Below, piece after piece: positions 36,356-45,203 of a stretch of 54,701 bases of DNA (its first letter is position 1; every line of letters starts with the position of its first letter). The notes beneath the pieces were generated by a model. That model searched no databases and was not told the origin of the DNA. It worked only from the letters and a program-made list of their open reading frames with translations. The position numbers and the translations under genes were made by a program. The stretch covers positions 1 to 54,701 of the forward strand of contig CAKSCN010000002.1 in NCBI GenBank assembly GCA_934444485.1, given 5' to 3'. The stretch is from an uncultured Eubacteriales bacterium (GTDB taxonomy: Bacteria; Bacillota; Clostridia; Oscillospirales; CAG-382).

Positions 36356-37182
36356 GACGGTGTTTCCTCCTTTTTGCGTGCGCTGTCCGCATTTTCACGG
36401 TAGTTTTTCGGCGATACGCCGGTATTCTGCTTGAAGAATTTTGAAAACGCCGTCACCTCTCCGTAGCCGAGCGACTTTGCGATATCGGTAACGGTGAGAG
36501 TCGTTTCGGAGAGAAGCCGCCTTGCCTCGGCGCATTTGCGTGTGTCGATGTACCTTTTCGGAGACATATTGTGCCTGCCACGGAAAATTCTGTAAAGGTA
36601 AGGCTGGGTTATGCCGAGAACCGACGTAAGCTCCGAAACGCCGAGAGGACGGAAAAGGTTTGAGCCGATATAGCTTTCGGCATAAGAGCAGTAAGTGTCC
36701 GCCGCACTCTCCGGGACGGTATGCAAAAGGTTTTGGTTGTTGTATATATGCAGGAAAAACTCAAGCATTTCGGTCGGCGCAAAGAAGCATTCGGGTGATT
36801 CCGGCTTAAGCGACGTGAGCTTATCCCTCATGCCGAACACGACGCCGGTGTTGCTGTAAGCGAAGATGCTTGTCCTGCTGTCGGCACGGAAGCCGTCGAA
36901 GATACTCTCCATTCCCTCGTCGCTCGAGATTACCCAAAGAAACGACCACGGGTCGCTCTCATCGGGAAAGTAATGCTCGAATGTTCCCGGGCGAATGAGA
37001 AAGCCCTCTCCGGTGCGGACGGGATTGCCGTTGAAAAAACCTTTGCCGGAGAGAACGTAGTGGATTATGTATTGATTTCTCTTTGTCGGACCGAAGCGTG
37101 TCACCGATATGTCGTCACTGTAGCCTATGCAGTCTATCGCCGTCACTCCGCTGCCTCCGCTCGAAAATACGCTGTACCTCAC
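36352..37182 (-). CDS. AraC family transcriptional regulator
   Basis: C-terminus LTSVLGITQPYLYRIFRGRHNMSPKRYIDTRKCAEARRLL...GYGEVTAFSKFFKQNTGVSPKNYR. GTG start with AAGGAG 8 nt upstream. Confidence 0.85.
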   Translation of the reverse strand: MRYSVFSSGGSGVTAIDCIGYSDDISVTRFGPTKRNQYIIHYVLSGKGFFNGNPVRTGEGFLIRPGTFEHYFPDESDPWSFLWVISSDEGMESIFDGFRADSRTSIFAYSNTGVVFGMRDKLTSLKPESPECFFAPTEMLEFFLHIYNNQNLLHTVPESAADTYCSYAESYIGSNLFRPLGVSELTSVLGITQPYLYRIFRGRHNMSPKRYIDTRKCAEARRLLSETTLTVTDIAKSLGYGEVTAFSKFFKQNTGVSPKNYRENADSARKKEETPS

Positions 37183-37299
37183 AGTATCACTCCTTTGTTA
37201 TGATTTTACCATGAATGGTTATGATTTGTCAATAGACAAAAACGAAAAAGTGCGGTATACTTAAGAAAAAACTTACCGCAGGTCAAGGAGTGAAACCGA

Positions 37300-39273
37300 A
37301 TGTACAGCGAAGATTTCAAGAGAATCGGCGAATATGCCGCCGCAGGAGCTTACGAAGAACCGGGGAGAAGTCTCTTTTACAGAAAGTCTCTCATGATAAG
37401 ACGCTATTATGAAAACTGCAAGCTTTATCCTTACAACGGAAAGCCGCTCTATCCGTCCGGGACGTGTAACCAGAGTATGCATATCGTGCCACACTACTTA
37501 AAGGGTTATGCGATATTTCCCGGCGGTGCCGACGAGGAGGCAAAGAAGCTTTTCGGCATGTTCGAGAGCGACTTCGGAAAATTCCGCTCGAAAGTACCGT
37601 CCGAACACACCGTCGCAGGCGATATGTTCTGCCACTCGATACCGCACTACGGCAGGATAATGTGCGAGGGACTCGATTCCTACATACCGAGAATAGAGAA
37701 GATCGCCGACCGTGATATGCGAGAGGGACTTTTGCACATCTGCGAGGGTGTGCGGTGCTATGTCGGTCGGTGCGTCGAATATCTCGAGAGCGCAGATGCC
37801 GACAGCCGGCTTATAGAAGCTCTGCGCAGGGTGCCGTTCGGCAAGGCGGAGAACATATACGAGGCGACGGTTTCGATGAACTTTGTGATGTACCTCGACA
37901 ACTGTGACAATCTCGGCTGTGCCGCAAGGGATTTGTACCCGTTCTTTAAGGGTGAGGATATCACCGACCTTCTCGAAAACCTCTTTTCCAATCTCGACGA
38001 AAACGGCGGCTACTCTATGTCTCTCGGCACGGATTACAACGAGCTGACCCTGCAGTGTCTCAATGCGGCGAGGGGAAAGCGTCGTCCGATGATTGAGCTT
38101 TTCGTTGACGACAGCACGCCCGGCGAGGTATGGGACACTGCATTTTCGCTAATGCGCACGCACGGTGGTCAGCCGGCGTTCTACAGTCCGAAGCTTATTG
38201 AGAAGCTGCACGAACGTCTCGGCGTAAGGGAAGAGGATCTCGGTCGATTCTGCGGAGGCGGCTGTACGGAGAGTATGTTTGCAGGGCTTTCGGCGGTCGG
38301 TTCTCTCGACGCCGGGATAAATCTGCCGCTTATTCTCGAAAAGACGATATACGAGCGTCTTTCGTCCGCAGGGAGCTTCGAGGACTTTTACCGTGCGTTC
38401 ACTTCCGATGTGAGGGCTGTTGCCGACAGAGTGACCGATGGGATAAGTCTTTCGCAGAAAGAGAGAGCCGAGGTATGTCCCGTTCCGATGCGCACGCTTT
38501 TGGTTGACGACTGCATAGACAACGGACGTGATTTTTACGCCGGAGGTGCAAGGTACAGCTGGAGCATAGTCAATTTTGCCGGCACGGTGAACGTTATCGA
38601 CTCGATGCTTGCGGTACGGGAGCTTGTCTTTGACGATAAGAAGTACAGTGCTGTGGATTTTTGTAAAAAGCTTCGCGAAAACGACGCCGATTTTCTCAAG
38701 GAATGCCGCACGGCAAAGAAAGTTTTCGGTGTGGACGATGCGGAGGTAAACGCTTTTGCCGAGAGGCTTACCGGAGACATATTCTCGACTCTCGACGGAA
38801 AGGTTCCGTACATCGGAACAGGCTTTATTGCGGCGTCGATACAGTTCATGTCGCAGGTTTATGCCGGAAAAAGGGTCGGCGCGACTCCCGACGGAAGAGG
38901 GTGTGCAGCACCGCTGTGCGACTCGCTGGGTGCGATATTCGGCAAGGACAAGAAAGGGCCTACGGCGCTTCTCAACAGTGTTGCGTCAATGCGGCTCGAC
39001 AAGCTCATCGGCACGCCGATACTCAACTTCAATATTGACGAGTCTTGGAACGACAACATTCTTAAGAATCTCATTCTCACGTACATGGACATGGGCGGTT
39101 TACAGATGCAGATAACCTGCATTTCGGCTGAGCTTTTGATGGAAGCCTACCGCCACCCGGAGCTTCACGGAAACCTTGTCGTGCGCGTCGGCGGCTACTC
39201 CGAATATTTCTGCCGCCTGTCGGATGAGCTGAAAAAGATGATTATCCAAAGAACAATCCAAAGCATGAACTGA
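37300..39273 (+). CDS. Glycyl radical enzyme (PFL-like), unusually short (657 aa)
   Basis: C-terminal glycyl-radical signature VVRVGGYSEYF (G632, codon 39193-39195) followed by LKKMIIQRT. Cys-loop GGGCTES (C322, E324). RBS AAGGAG 8 nt upstream. Confidence 0.8.
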   Translation: MYSEDFKRIGEYAAAGAYEEPGRSLFYRKSLMIRRYYENCKLYPYNGKPLYPSGTCNQSMHIVPHYLKGYAIFPGGADEEAKKLFGMFESDFGKFRSKVPSEHTVAGDMFCHSIPHYGRIMCEGLDSYIPRIEKIADRDMREGLLHICEGVRCYVGRCVEYLESADADSRLIEALRRVPFGKAENIYEATVSMNFVMYLDNCDNLGCAARDLYPFFKGEDITDLLENLFSNLDENGGYSMSLGTDYNELTLQCLNAARGKRRPMIELFVDDSTPGEVWDTAFSLMRTHGGQPAFYSPKLIEKLHERLGVREEDLGRFCGGGCTESMFAGLSAVGSLDAGINLPLILEKTIYERLSSAGSFEDFYRAFTSDVRAVADRVTDGISLSQKERAEVCPVPMRTLLVDDCIDNGRDFYAGGARYSWSIVNFAGTVNVIDSMLAVRELVFDDKKYSAVDFCKKLRENDADFLKECRTAKKVFGVDDAEVNAFAERLTGDIFSTLDGKVPYIGTGFIAASIQFMSQVYAGKRVGATPDGRGCAAPLCDSLGAIFGKDKKGPTALLNSVASMRLDKLIGTPILNFNIDESWNDNILKNLILTYMDMGGLQMQITCISAELLMEAYRHPELHGNLVVRVGGYSEYFCRLSDELKKMIIQRTIQSMN

Positions 39274-39745
39274 CACCGCAAAACAATTGACGATTGTGGA
39301 GTTGACGAGGTCAACTCGAGAGGAAATGTACGCTTACGCTGAGTGCTTCGCACTCACATTTCTCTCCGCTTCCTACATAGCGTTTGTGCTTGATTGAATG
39401 GTGCGAATTTTGAGGTTGTACCATAGACGGAATGTCGGATTTTATCCGAGGTTGTTGGGGTTCAATGTGGTGCGATTATCACAAACCTCCATGACATTCC
39501 GTAGGGCGGGTGAACGCAGACTACGCTAGCGTAATCTCCCACCGCAAGAACTCAACGTAAAGTTATGTATATCGCCATGTAGAAAATCGACAAGCGGTAA
39601 GCACTATACAATATTGAAGAAAAGCGAAGCTTTTCCACCACAATTTTCCATTTTCCGCTCTCAATTCTCAATTTCAAAGCGACTTCAGGAGCTTTTCAAC
39701 GCTAATCGTCAATCGTCAATTCCCAATTTCAACGCCGCTTTGTAA
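39274..39745. repeat. Modular repeat locus L4
   Basis: Shares GAGTTGAC-NNN-GTCAACTC and the 113-116-nt element with L3. Shares GAAAAGC-GAA-GCTTTTC, CTCAATT words and GAAAAGC-N10-GCTTTTC with L1, L2 and L5. CGTCAAT words at 39703-39735. Confidence 0.85.
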
Positions 39746-39870
39746 CTTTCCCTGTTCGCTTTTATGTTCGTTTTCAAACATATCGAACAACTATTGACAT
39801 TCCGCTCCTTTTGCTGTATTATATGTGAGTCGCCGGGGGCGGCGCAGACAGCGAAAGGAACGGTATTTTT

Positions 39871-40419
39871 ATGTTTAATCTCGGAGAAACAGAACTTATA
39901 TTTGAAATAGTCTCGCAGACTGTGGGTATAATCGGCATAATCGCAAGCATACTGTCGTTTCAGTGCAGGGAGCATAAGAAGCTCATGCTTTTCAGAACCG
40001 CCAACGAATCGCTCTTTGCCGTGCAGTACATCATGCTCGGAGCGTATACGGGTGCGGCGATGAACATCTTCGGAAGCATACGCAACGTCGTTTTCTCGAA
40101 GCTTGTCGAAAAGGGAAAAAGCACCGTTGCGGCAAGAGCGGTTTTCAGCGTGCTGTTCGCTTTGTTCACCGTCCTCACATGGGCGGGTCCGAAGAGTCTC
40201 TTGAGCGGTGCGGCGAAGATACTTTCCACCGTCGCTTACGGAAGCAGTGACACGGCGTTTGTCCGCAGGGTGATTTTTGCGACGAGTGCGGCGTGGCTCG
40301 TGTACAACTATTCCGTCGGCTCGTATGCCGGCTGTGTCTGCGAGATACTCACGCTTGCGTCGATTGTCGTCGGCTTTGTGCGGCTCGACCTCCCGAAGCT
40401 CATGAGAAAACACGCCTGA
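39871..40419 (+). CDS. YgjV-family inner membrane protein
   Basis: 182 aa, about 5-6 TM segments. IGIIGIIASILSFQCREHKKLMLFRTANESLFAVQYIMLGAYTGAAMN resembles YgjV-type proteins. Confidence 0.55.
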   Translation: MFNLGETELIFEIVSQTVGIIGIIASILSFQCREHKKLMLFRTANESLFAVQYIMLGAYTGAAMNIFGSIRNVVFSKLVEKGKSTVAARAVFSVLFALFTVLTWAGPKSLLSGAAKILSTVAYGSSDTAFVRRVIFATSAAWLVYNYSVGSYAGCVCEILTLASIVVGFVRLDLPKLMRKHA

Positions 40420-40533
40420 ATATACGAAAACGGTGTTATTTTGCAGTATTATCGCATTCTTTTGACATTGACATCCTCCTCGGAATATGGTAAAATACAT
40501 GTGTGATTACAGTATTCTGAAAGGAAACGACAT

Positions 40534-42156
40534 ATGAATATAAGATATCCCGACGCGCTTGCGGTATATTGCGGAAATGCGTCCGCAGACGTGACTGCAA
40601 AGGTCAAAGGAGAAAATACGCTCGTAAAGGACGACGTGAACGTCGCTCTCACACTTTCGGACGGTGCGCTCTGCGTGAGCCTTGCGGCGGACAAAACGCC
40701 GGTGAGATACGTAAAACTGCGGTGGAACTTCGCCGAGAGCGAGAAAAGGCGTGACGGTATTAAGGTCTACGGCGACGTGTGGGAAAGAGGCTACGGCGAC
40801 CTCGAATGGAAAGGTATCGTCCCCGACAGAGCAATGCCGTGGGTGTGCGCCGTATCGAACGGATCGGACAGAAATCCCGATACCGCAGGACGCTGTACCG
40901 AATGCTTCGGCGTTGCGGTGCGTCCTCACGCAATGTGCTTCTGGAACTACGACACCGCCGGAGTTACCCTTTGGCTTGACACAAGGTGCGGAGGAAACGG
41001 AGTCGTTCTCTCCGGAAGAAATGTAGAGCTTTGCACCGTGCTTTTTGCCGAGTACCGTGATACGACGGCGTTTTTTGCACTGCGTGACTACTACAAAAAG
41101 CTGAATCCCTCGCCGCTTACGTGCGGACATAAGGTCTACGGCGAGAACAACTGGTACTACGCCTACGGCAAAACCTCACACGCCGATGCGCTCAGCGACG
41201 CCGCACTTCTGTCCGAGATGACCGCAGAACTCGAAAACCGCCCGTACTCGGTGCTTGACGACGGCTGGCAGAAGAATAGGTGCGACGCACCGTGGAATGT
41301 CCTCAGAGAGGGGAAGTTTCACGACATGAAAGCCTTTGCCGACGAGGTGAAAGCGAAAAACGTGCATCCCGGAATATGGATGCGTCCGCTTCGTGACAAG
41401 AACTTCGAGGTGACGCCGCCCGACTCAGAAATGCGCCTTTTGCGTGATAAGGAATTCCTCGACCCGTCCCACCCCGACACACTTGCATACGTCGCAAAAA
41501 CGGTTGATATGATATGCTTATGGGGCTTTGAGCTTATAAAGCACGATTTTTCGACGTTCGACGCCGTCGGCTTCTGGGGCTTTCAGCGGCATGATATTTT
41601 CGCAGACGACGACTGGAACTACTTCGACCGCAGTAAGACGACCGCCGAGGTTATCCTTGCGCTCTATGAGACGATATACGAAGCGGCAAAGGGAAGAGCG
41701 CTCATTCTCGGCTGCAACGTCATCGGACACCTTGCGGCAGGACTCGTTCACCTGAACAGAACCGGCGACGACACAAGCGGCAGAGAGTGGCACCGCATGA
41801 TAAAGTACGGCGTAAACGCCCTTGCTTTCAGACTTCTCCATCACGGCGCATTTTACGAAAGCGACGCCGACTGCGTTGGCATAATGGGACTTATCGATTG
41901 GAAGTACAATAAGCAGTGGCTGTATCTGCTTGCGCACAGCGGCACTCCGCTCTTTGTCTCTCCCGACCCCAAGGCGCTTACGGAAGAGGAGAGGCGTGAC
42001 GTCGAAGAGGCGTACAGAGTGAACTCCGTGCAGAGCGACATTGCAATTCCTCTCGACTGGATGGAGAACAACGCTCCGGAAAACTGGCTTATAAACGGAG
42101 AGTACGTACACTTCGACTGGTATCCCGAGGACGGCGTAAACTTCATAAAGGCGTGA
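40534..42156 (+). CDS. Alpha-galactosidase-like glycoside hydrolase (clan GH-D, GH36/GH27-related)
   Basis: LDDGWQ, GIWMRP and the FELIKHDF catalytic-region-like motifs. No signal peptide. Confidence 0.6.
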   Translation: MNIRYPDALAVYCGNASADVTAKVKGENTLVKDDVNVALTLSDGALCVSLAADKTPVRYVKLRWNFAESEKRRDGIKVYGDVWERGYGDLEWKGIVPDRAMPWVCAVSNGSDRNPDTAGRCTECFGVAVRPHAMCFWNYDTAGVTLWLDTRCGGNGVVLSGRNVELCTVLFAEYRDTTAFFALRDYYKKLNPSPLTCGHKVYGENNWYYAYGKTSHADALSDAALLSEMTAELENRPYSVLDDGWQKNRCDAPWNVLREGKFHDMKAFADEVKAKNVHPGIWMRPLRDKNFEVTPPDSEMRLLRDKEFLDPSHPDTLAYVAKTVDMICLWGFELIKHDFSTFDAVGFWGFQRHDIFADDDWNYFDRSKTTAEVILALYETIYEAAKGRALILGCNVIGHLAAGLVHLNRTGDDTSGREWHRMIKYGVNALAFRLLHHGAFYESDADCVGIMGLIDWKYNKQWLYLLAHSGTPLFVSPDPKALTEEERRDVEEAYRVNSVQSDIAIPLDWMENNAPENWLINGEYVHFDWYPEDGVNFIKA

Positions 42157-42228
42157 AACCGTGAGGACGGCGTTACTCTTGCCGACGGCGCAGCGCAGAG
42201 CAGAGCAGCGCAGAGTGGCACAGGGTGC

Positions 42229-42666
42229 TCATTTTTTGGGTTCGGATTTGTCAGACGGCAGGTCCGAGCCTTTTTTGTGATATTTCGTACACGTAACCGG
42301 CAGGTATTCGGTCTCGCAGAAAGCGTCGTCGCCCTCGCAGCGGATGAAAATTCTGACCTTCACGCCGAGCTTGCGGCACTCTTCGATAACGTGCTTTGTA
42401 CCGGCGGATTTTCCGTCCCAAAATGCGAGAACGATGTCCGCCGCCTTTATGATTTCAACGTTGCGCACAAGGGGAGCGGCTCTGCCGTAGCGCTCGTATT
42501 CCGGCAGAAATTCCGTCAGCCGCAGTCCGTGTCTCTCGGCGTACTCCTTTGCAAGCGTGTCAACTCCGACTGCGCCTCCCGAGATTATTTCGTCGGTTTC
42601 CTCCGGGACATAGTTTTCAAGGTTGACGTTGTCTATTTTGCGTGAACCGATTATAGCTGTTTTCAT
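42229..42666 (-). CDS. SLOG-fold protein (DUF2493/DprA-like)
   Basis: MKTAIIGSRKI...IISGGAVGVDTLAKEYAERHG...VLAFWDGKSAGTKHVIEECRKLG is the pattern of DUF2493-type SLOG proteins. Confidence 0.6.
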   Translation of the reverse strand: MKTAIIGSRKIDNVNLENYVPEETDEIISGGAVGVDTLAKEYAERHGLRLTEFLPEYERYGRAAPLVRNVEIIKAADIVLAFWDGKSAGTKHVIEECRKLGVKVRIFIRCEGDDAFCETEYLPVTCTKYHKKGSDLPSDKSEPKK

Positions 42667-42799
42667 TTTTGCTGATACCTCTTATCTAATAACTAATTTT
42701 TAACAATTATACCACGCAATCTTGTGAAATTCTGCAATACAAATGCAATGCATACAATCATTTCGCCGCAGACTATAATTAGGGTGTGGGAGTGGTTGT

Positions 42800-43036
42800 A
42801 TGAAAAAATTCAAGATACCATCTGTGCCGCCAACAACAAACAAATGTATAAGATTCCCAAATGACATAATTGACAGCACGGAAAAAGCAATAGAGGGCAA
42901 AGACTGCACATTTACCGCATTTGTGGTTGAGGCGGTGCGTGTTGCGCTCGAAAACCTCGATTCGCCGGAGAATACGGAAAACACTGAGAATACGGAGAAT
43001 TCGGACGGCGGCGAACGGCGCAAAGACGGAGAATGA
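42800..43036 (+). CDS. Small putative ribbon-helix-helix-like protein with an acidic repeat tail
   Basis: 78 aa. CIRFPNDIIDSTEKAIEGKDCTFTAFVVEAVRVALENL fits a beta-strand/helix/helix pattern. The tail is ENTENTENTEN. Divergent from the SLOG gene. Confidence 0.4.
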   Translation: MKKFKIPSVPPTTNKCIRFPNDIIDSTEKAIEGKDCTFTAFVVEAVRVALENLDSPENTENTENTENSDGGERRKDGE

Positions 43037-43330
43037 GCATAAAGCCGGGAGGACATGGGCTTCGGAGAGCGGCATGAGCCGTTCTTTTTTTGTCAGAATA
43101 TAAATTTACCGTTTAATCACAGAAAAAGCGATACAGGGTTTCTTTTGGTTGCGGACTTTTCATTTGTTTTAAGGTAAAATATACGGTGACGGCATACCGG
43201 AATGCTTTTGAAACGGTGTGCGGAAAATCGACCCCGCAATTTTCGACGAGACAAAAGAATAAGGTCTACTGAATTAGACTGCATAATCAACGCCGCACGG
43301 TTTTATCGCTGTGCGGATGTTTTTTTGCGT

Positions 43331-43368
43331 GAAAAATCTCCGCTCAATCATATGCGAAAGAGCGGAGG
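43331..43368 (-). terminator. Terminator of the GH39-like gene
   Basis: On the minus strand: CCTCCGCTC-N14-GAGCGGAGA followed by TTTTT. Confidence 0.55.
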
Positions 43369-43402
43369 CGTGTTTTATATACCGAGTCTATAGCGATAGA
43401 CC

Positions 43403-44752
43403 TTACATTCTTATTTCGACCGAAGCATACGGCTTCACGGTGAGCCTGCCGTTTTCGATTGTGCCGCCGACGAGGGTGTGCATATATTCGCTGTCGGTGA
43501 TAACGACCTCGGCGTCCGAAAGGTCGGCTCCCTTGACGTCAAATTCTACCGTCTGCGGCTTGTCTGTCATGTTTGCGAAAACGAGAACCTTTTTTCCGTC
43601 CTTTGCCGCACCGCCTACATAGAGGTTTTCGTCGTCGGAGGAGGTTTCAATCTCGTTTTCGAGCTTGTACAGGCTGTTGAATGAAACGAAGGAATAGTAG
43701 GTCTTATAAGGCGTGTGAGTGTCGGGGTTGAACATTCCGCCGTAAACGCTCGCACCGATGCGTGCGTCGTAGTAGCAGAGTACCGAAGGACTCCTCTTCT
43801 GCATACCGAGCATGAACGCAAGGCTTGCCGCCGCCGCATACGCACTCGGACGTTCTTCGACAGACGCCGCACAGTTCCATTCGTTGAGTATGTCCGGAAC
43901 GTCGTCGTAGCCGTACATATTCATTATCTTTCTCATGTAGTCAGCGATGAGGAATGCTCCGGGGAAATCCGTAAGGTCGGGTTTTACGTAGATGTGCCAC
44001 GAGAAGAAGTCGATGGGCGAGCCGTGCGCCTTTATGTATTTGAAGAAGCCGTGCATGAATTCGAGGAAGAACTGAGTGAAGTTTTCCGCTTTCTTGCCGC
44101 CTGCGAAAAGTGTGCCGTCGGGGTCGTCACGGAACGCAAATCCGCCGCAGGAGGCGTAACCGCCGACCTTGATGCTGTCGCCGAACACCGCTTTCAGGTG
44201 CTTTGCGGTAATGTCGTAAAGCTCGAAGTATTCCTCGGGCGTGCCTCGCCACATGGAGGAGGTCTCTTCTTTATAGCAGTCGTCCGGCTCGTTCCAGATT
44301 TCCCAGTAGGTTATGCCGTAGCGGAAGCCGTCTGCCCAGCCTTCGTTGTAGTGACGGATAACGTGCTCGCAGATTCTCGCCCACTTGCCGTAGTCCTTCG
44401 GCGGAAAAATGCGGAACGGACGGAGCATATGCTCGTTTTCAATGGTAACTCCGAGACGGAAAAACGGCTCGACTTTGTTGTCATGAAGAAGCTTCAAAAG
44501 GCGGTCGGTGTACGCAAATTCGTAGTTTTTGGGGTCGGTTTCGTCGGCGTCGAAGTTCGGGAAAAGGTTGGGGATATCGACGAAAAGTCCCTGACCCATC
44601 CATCCGCCGACGTCGTGCAGACGGGAATAGGGAATACCTGCGTCCTTGAGATACTTGTAAAGGTAACTCCACGATATCGACGGCGGCTGTCCTACGCCGT
44701 GCATGGGTTTTATTTTGCCCGTGATTTTATTGAAATCGGCCGTAATTTTCAT
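43403..44752 (-). CDS. Clan GH-A glycoside hydrolase (GH39-like)
   Basis: N-terminus ITGKIKPMHGVGQPP and the acid/base region YWEIWNEPD. Cytoplasmic. RBS GGGAGGAA. Confidence 0.65.
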   Translation of the reverse strand: MKITADFNKITGKIKPMHGVGQPPSISWSYLYKYLKDAGIPYSRLHDVGGWMGQGLFVDIPNLFPNFDADETDPKNYEFAYTDRLLKLLHDNKVEPFFRLGVTIENEHMLRPFRIFPPKDYGKWARICEHVIRHYNEGWADGFRYGITYWEIWNEPDDCYKEETSSMWRGTPEEYFELYDITAKHLKAVFGDSIKVGGYASCGGFAFRDDPDGTLFAGGKKAENFTQFFLEFMHGFFKYIKAHGSPIDFFSWHIYVKPDLTDFPGAFLIADYMRKIMNMYGYDDVPDILNEWNCAASVEERPSAYAAAASLAFMLGMQKRSPSVLCYYDARIGASVYGGMFNPDTHTPYKTYYSFVSFNSLYKLENEIETSSDDENLYVGGAAKDGKKVLVFANMTDKPQTVEFDVKGADLSDAEVVITDSEYMHTLVGGTIENGRLTVKPYASVEIRM

Positions 44753-44930
44753 AACAGCGGTTCCTCCCGTATTTTTTAATTTTTACCGTACCGATTGTAA
44801 CACAGCCGTAACGAAAAGTCAACACGCAAGGCTACGAAAAATTTTCGTAAAGTCACATAATCATCGCCGCCGAATAGAATAACGGTAGGGCAGAGTATTT
44901 ATGCCCGGAAAGGAACGGTGAAAACGAAGA

Positions 44931-45203
44931 ATGAAAGGTAAACAACTGTTGAAGCTTTCCGATATAGTGCCGGGTGAAAAGGCGTATGTCGAGAAAATAG
45001 GGGCGGACGCACAGAGCTCCGCTATCGATTCCTCCATGAAAAAGCGGCTCATGGATATAGGACTTATCCCCGGGACGGCGGTCGAGTGCGTTGGCGAAAG
45101 TCCGCTCGGAGATCCGAGAGCGTACCTCATAAGAGGCGCTGTCATTGCAATACGCCGCACCGACGGCCGTGAAATAAGCGTTTTCGGGGGTGAGGACTCG
45201 TGA
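44931..45203 (+). CDS. feoA: FeoA family iron transport protein
   Basis: LSDIVPGEKAYVEKI...RLMDIGLIPGTAVECVGESPLGDPRAYLIRGAVIAIRRTD is the typical FeoA SH3-like domain. Confidence 0.85.
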   Translation: MKGKQLLKLSDIVPGEKAYVEKIGADAQSSAIDSSMKKRLMDIGLIPGTAVECVGESPLGDPRAYLIRGAVIAIRRTDGREISVFGGEDS

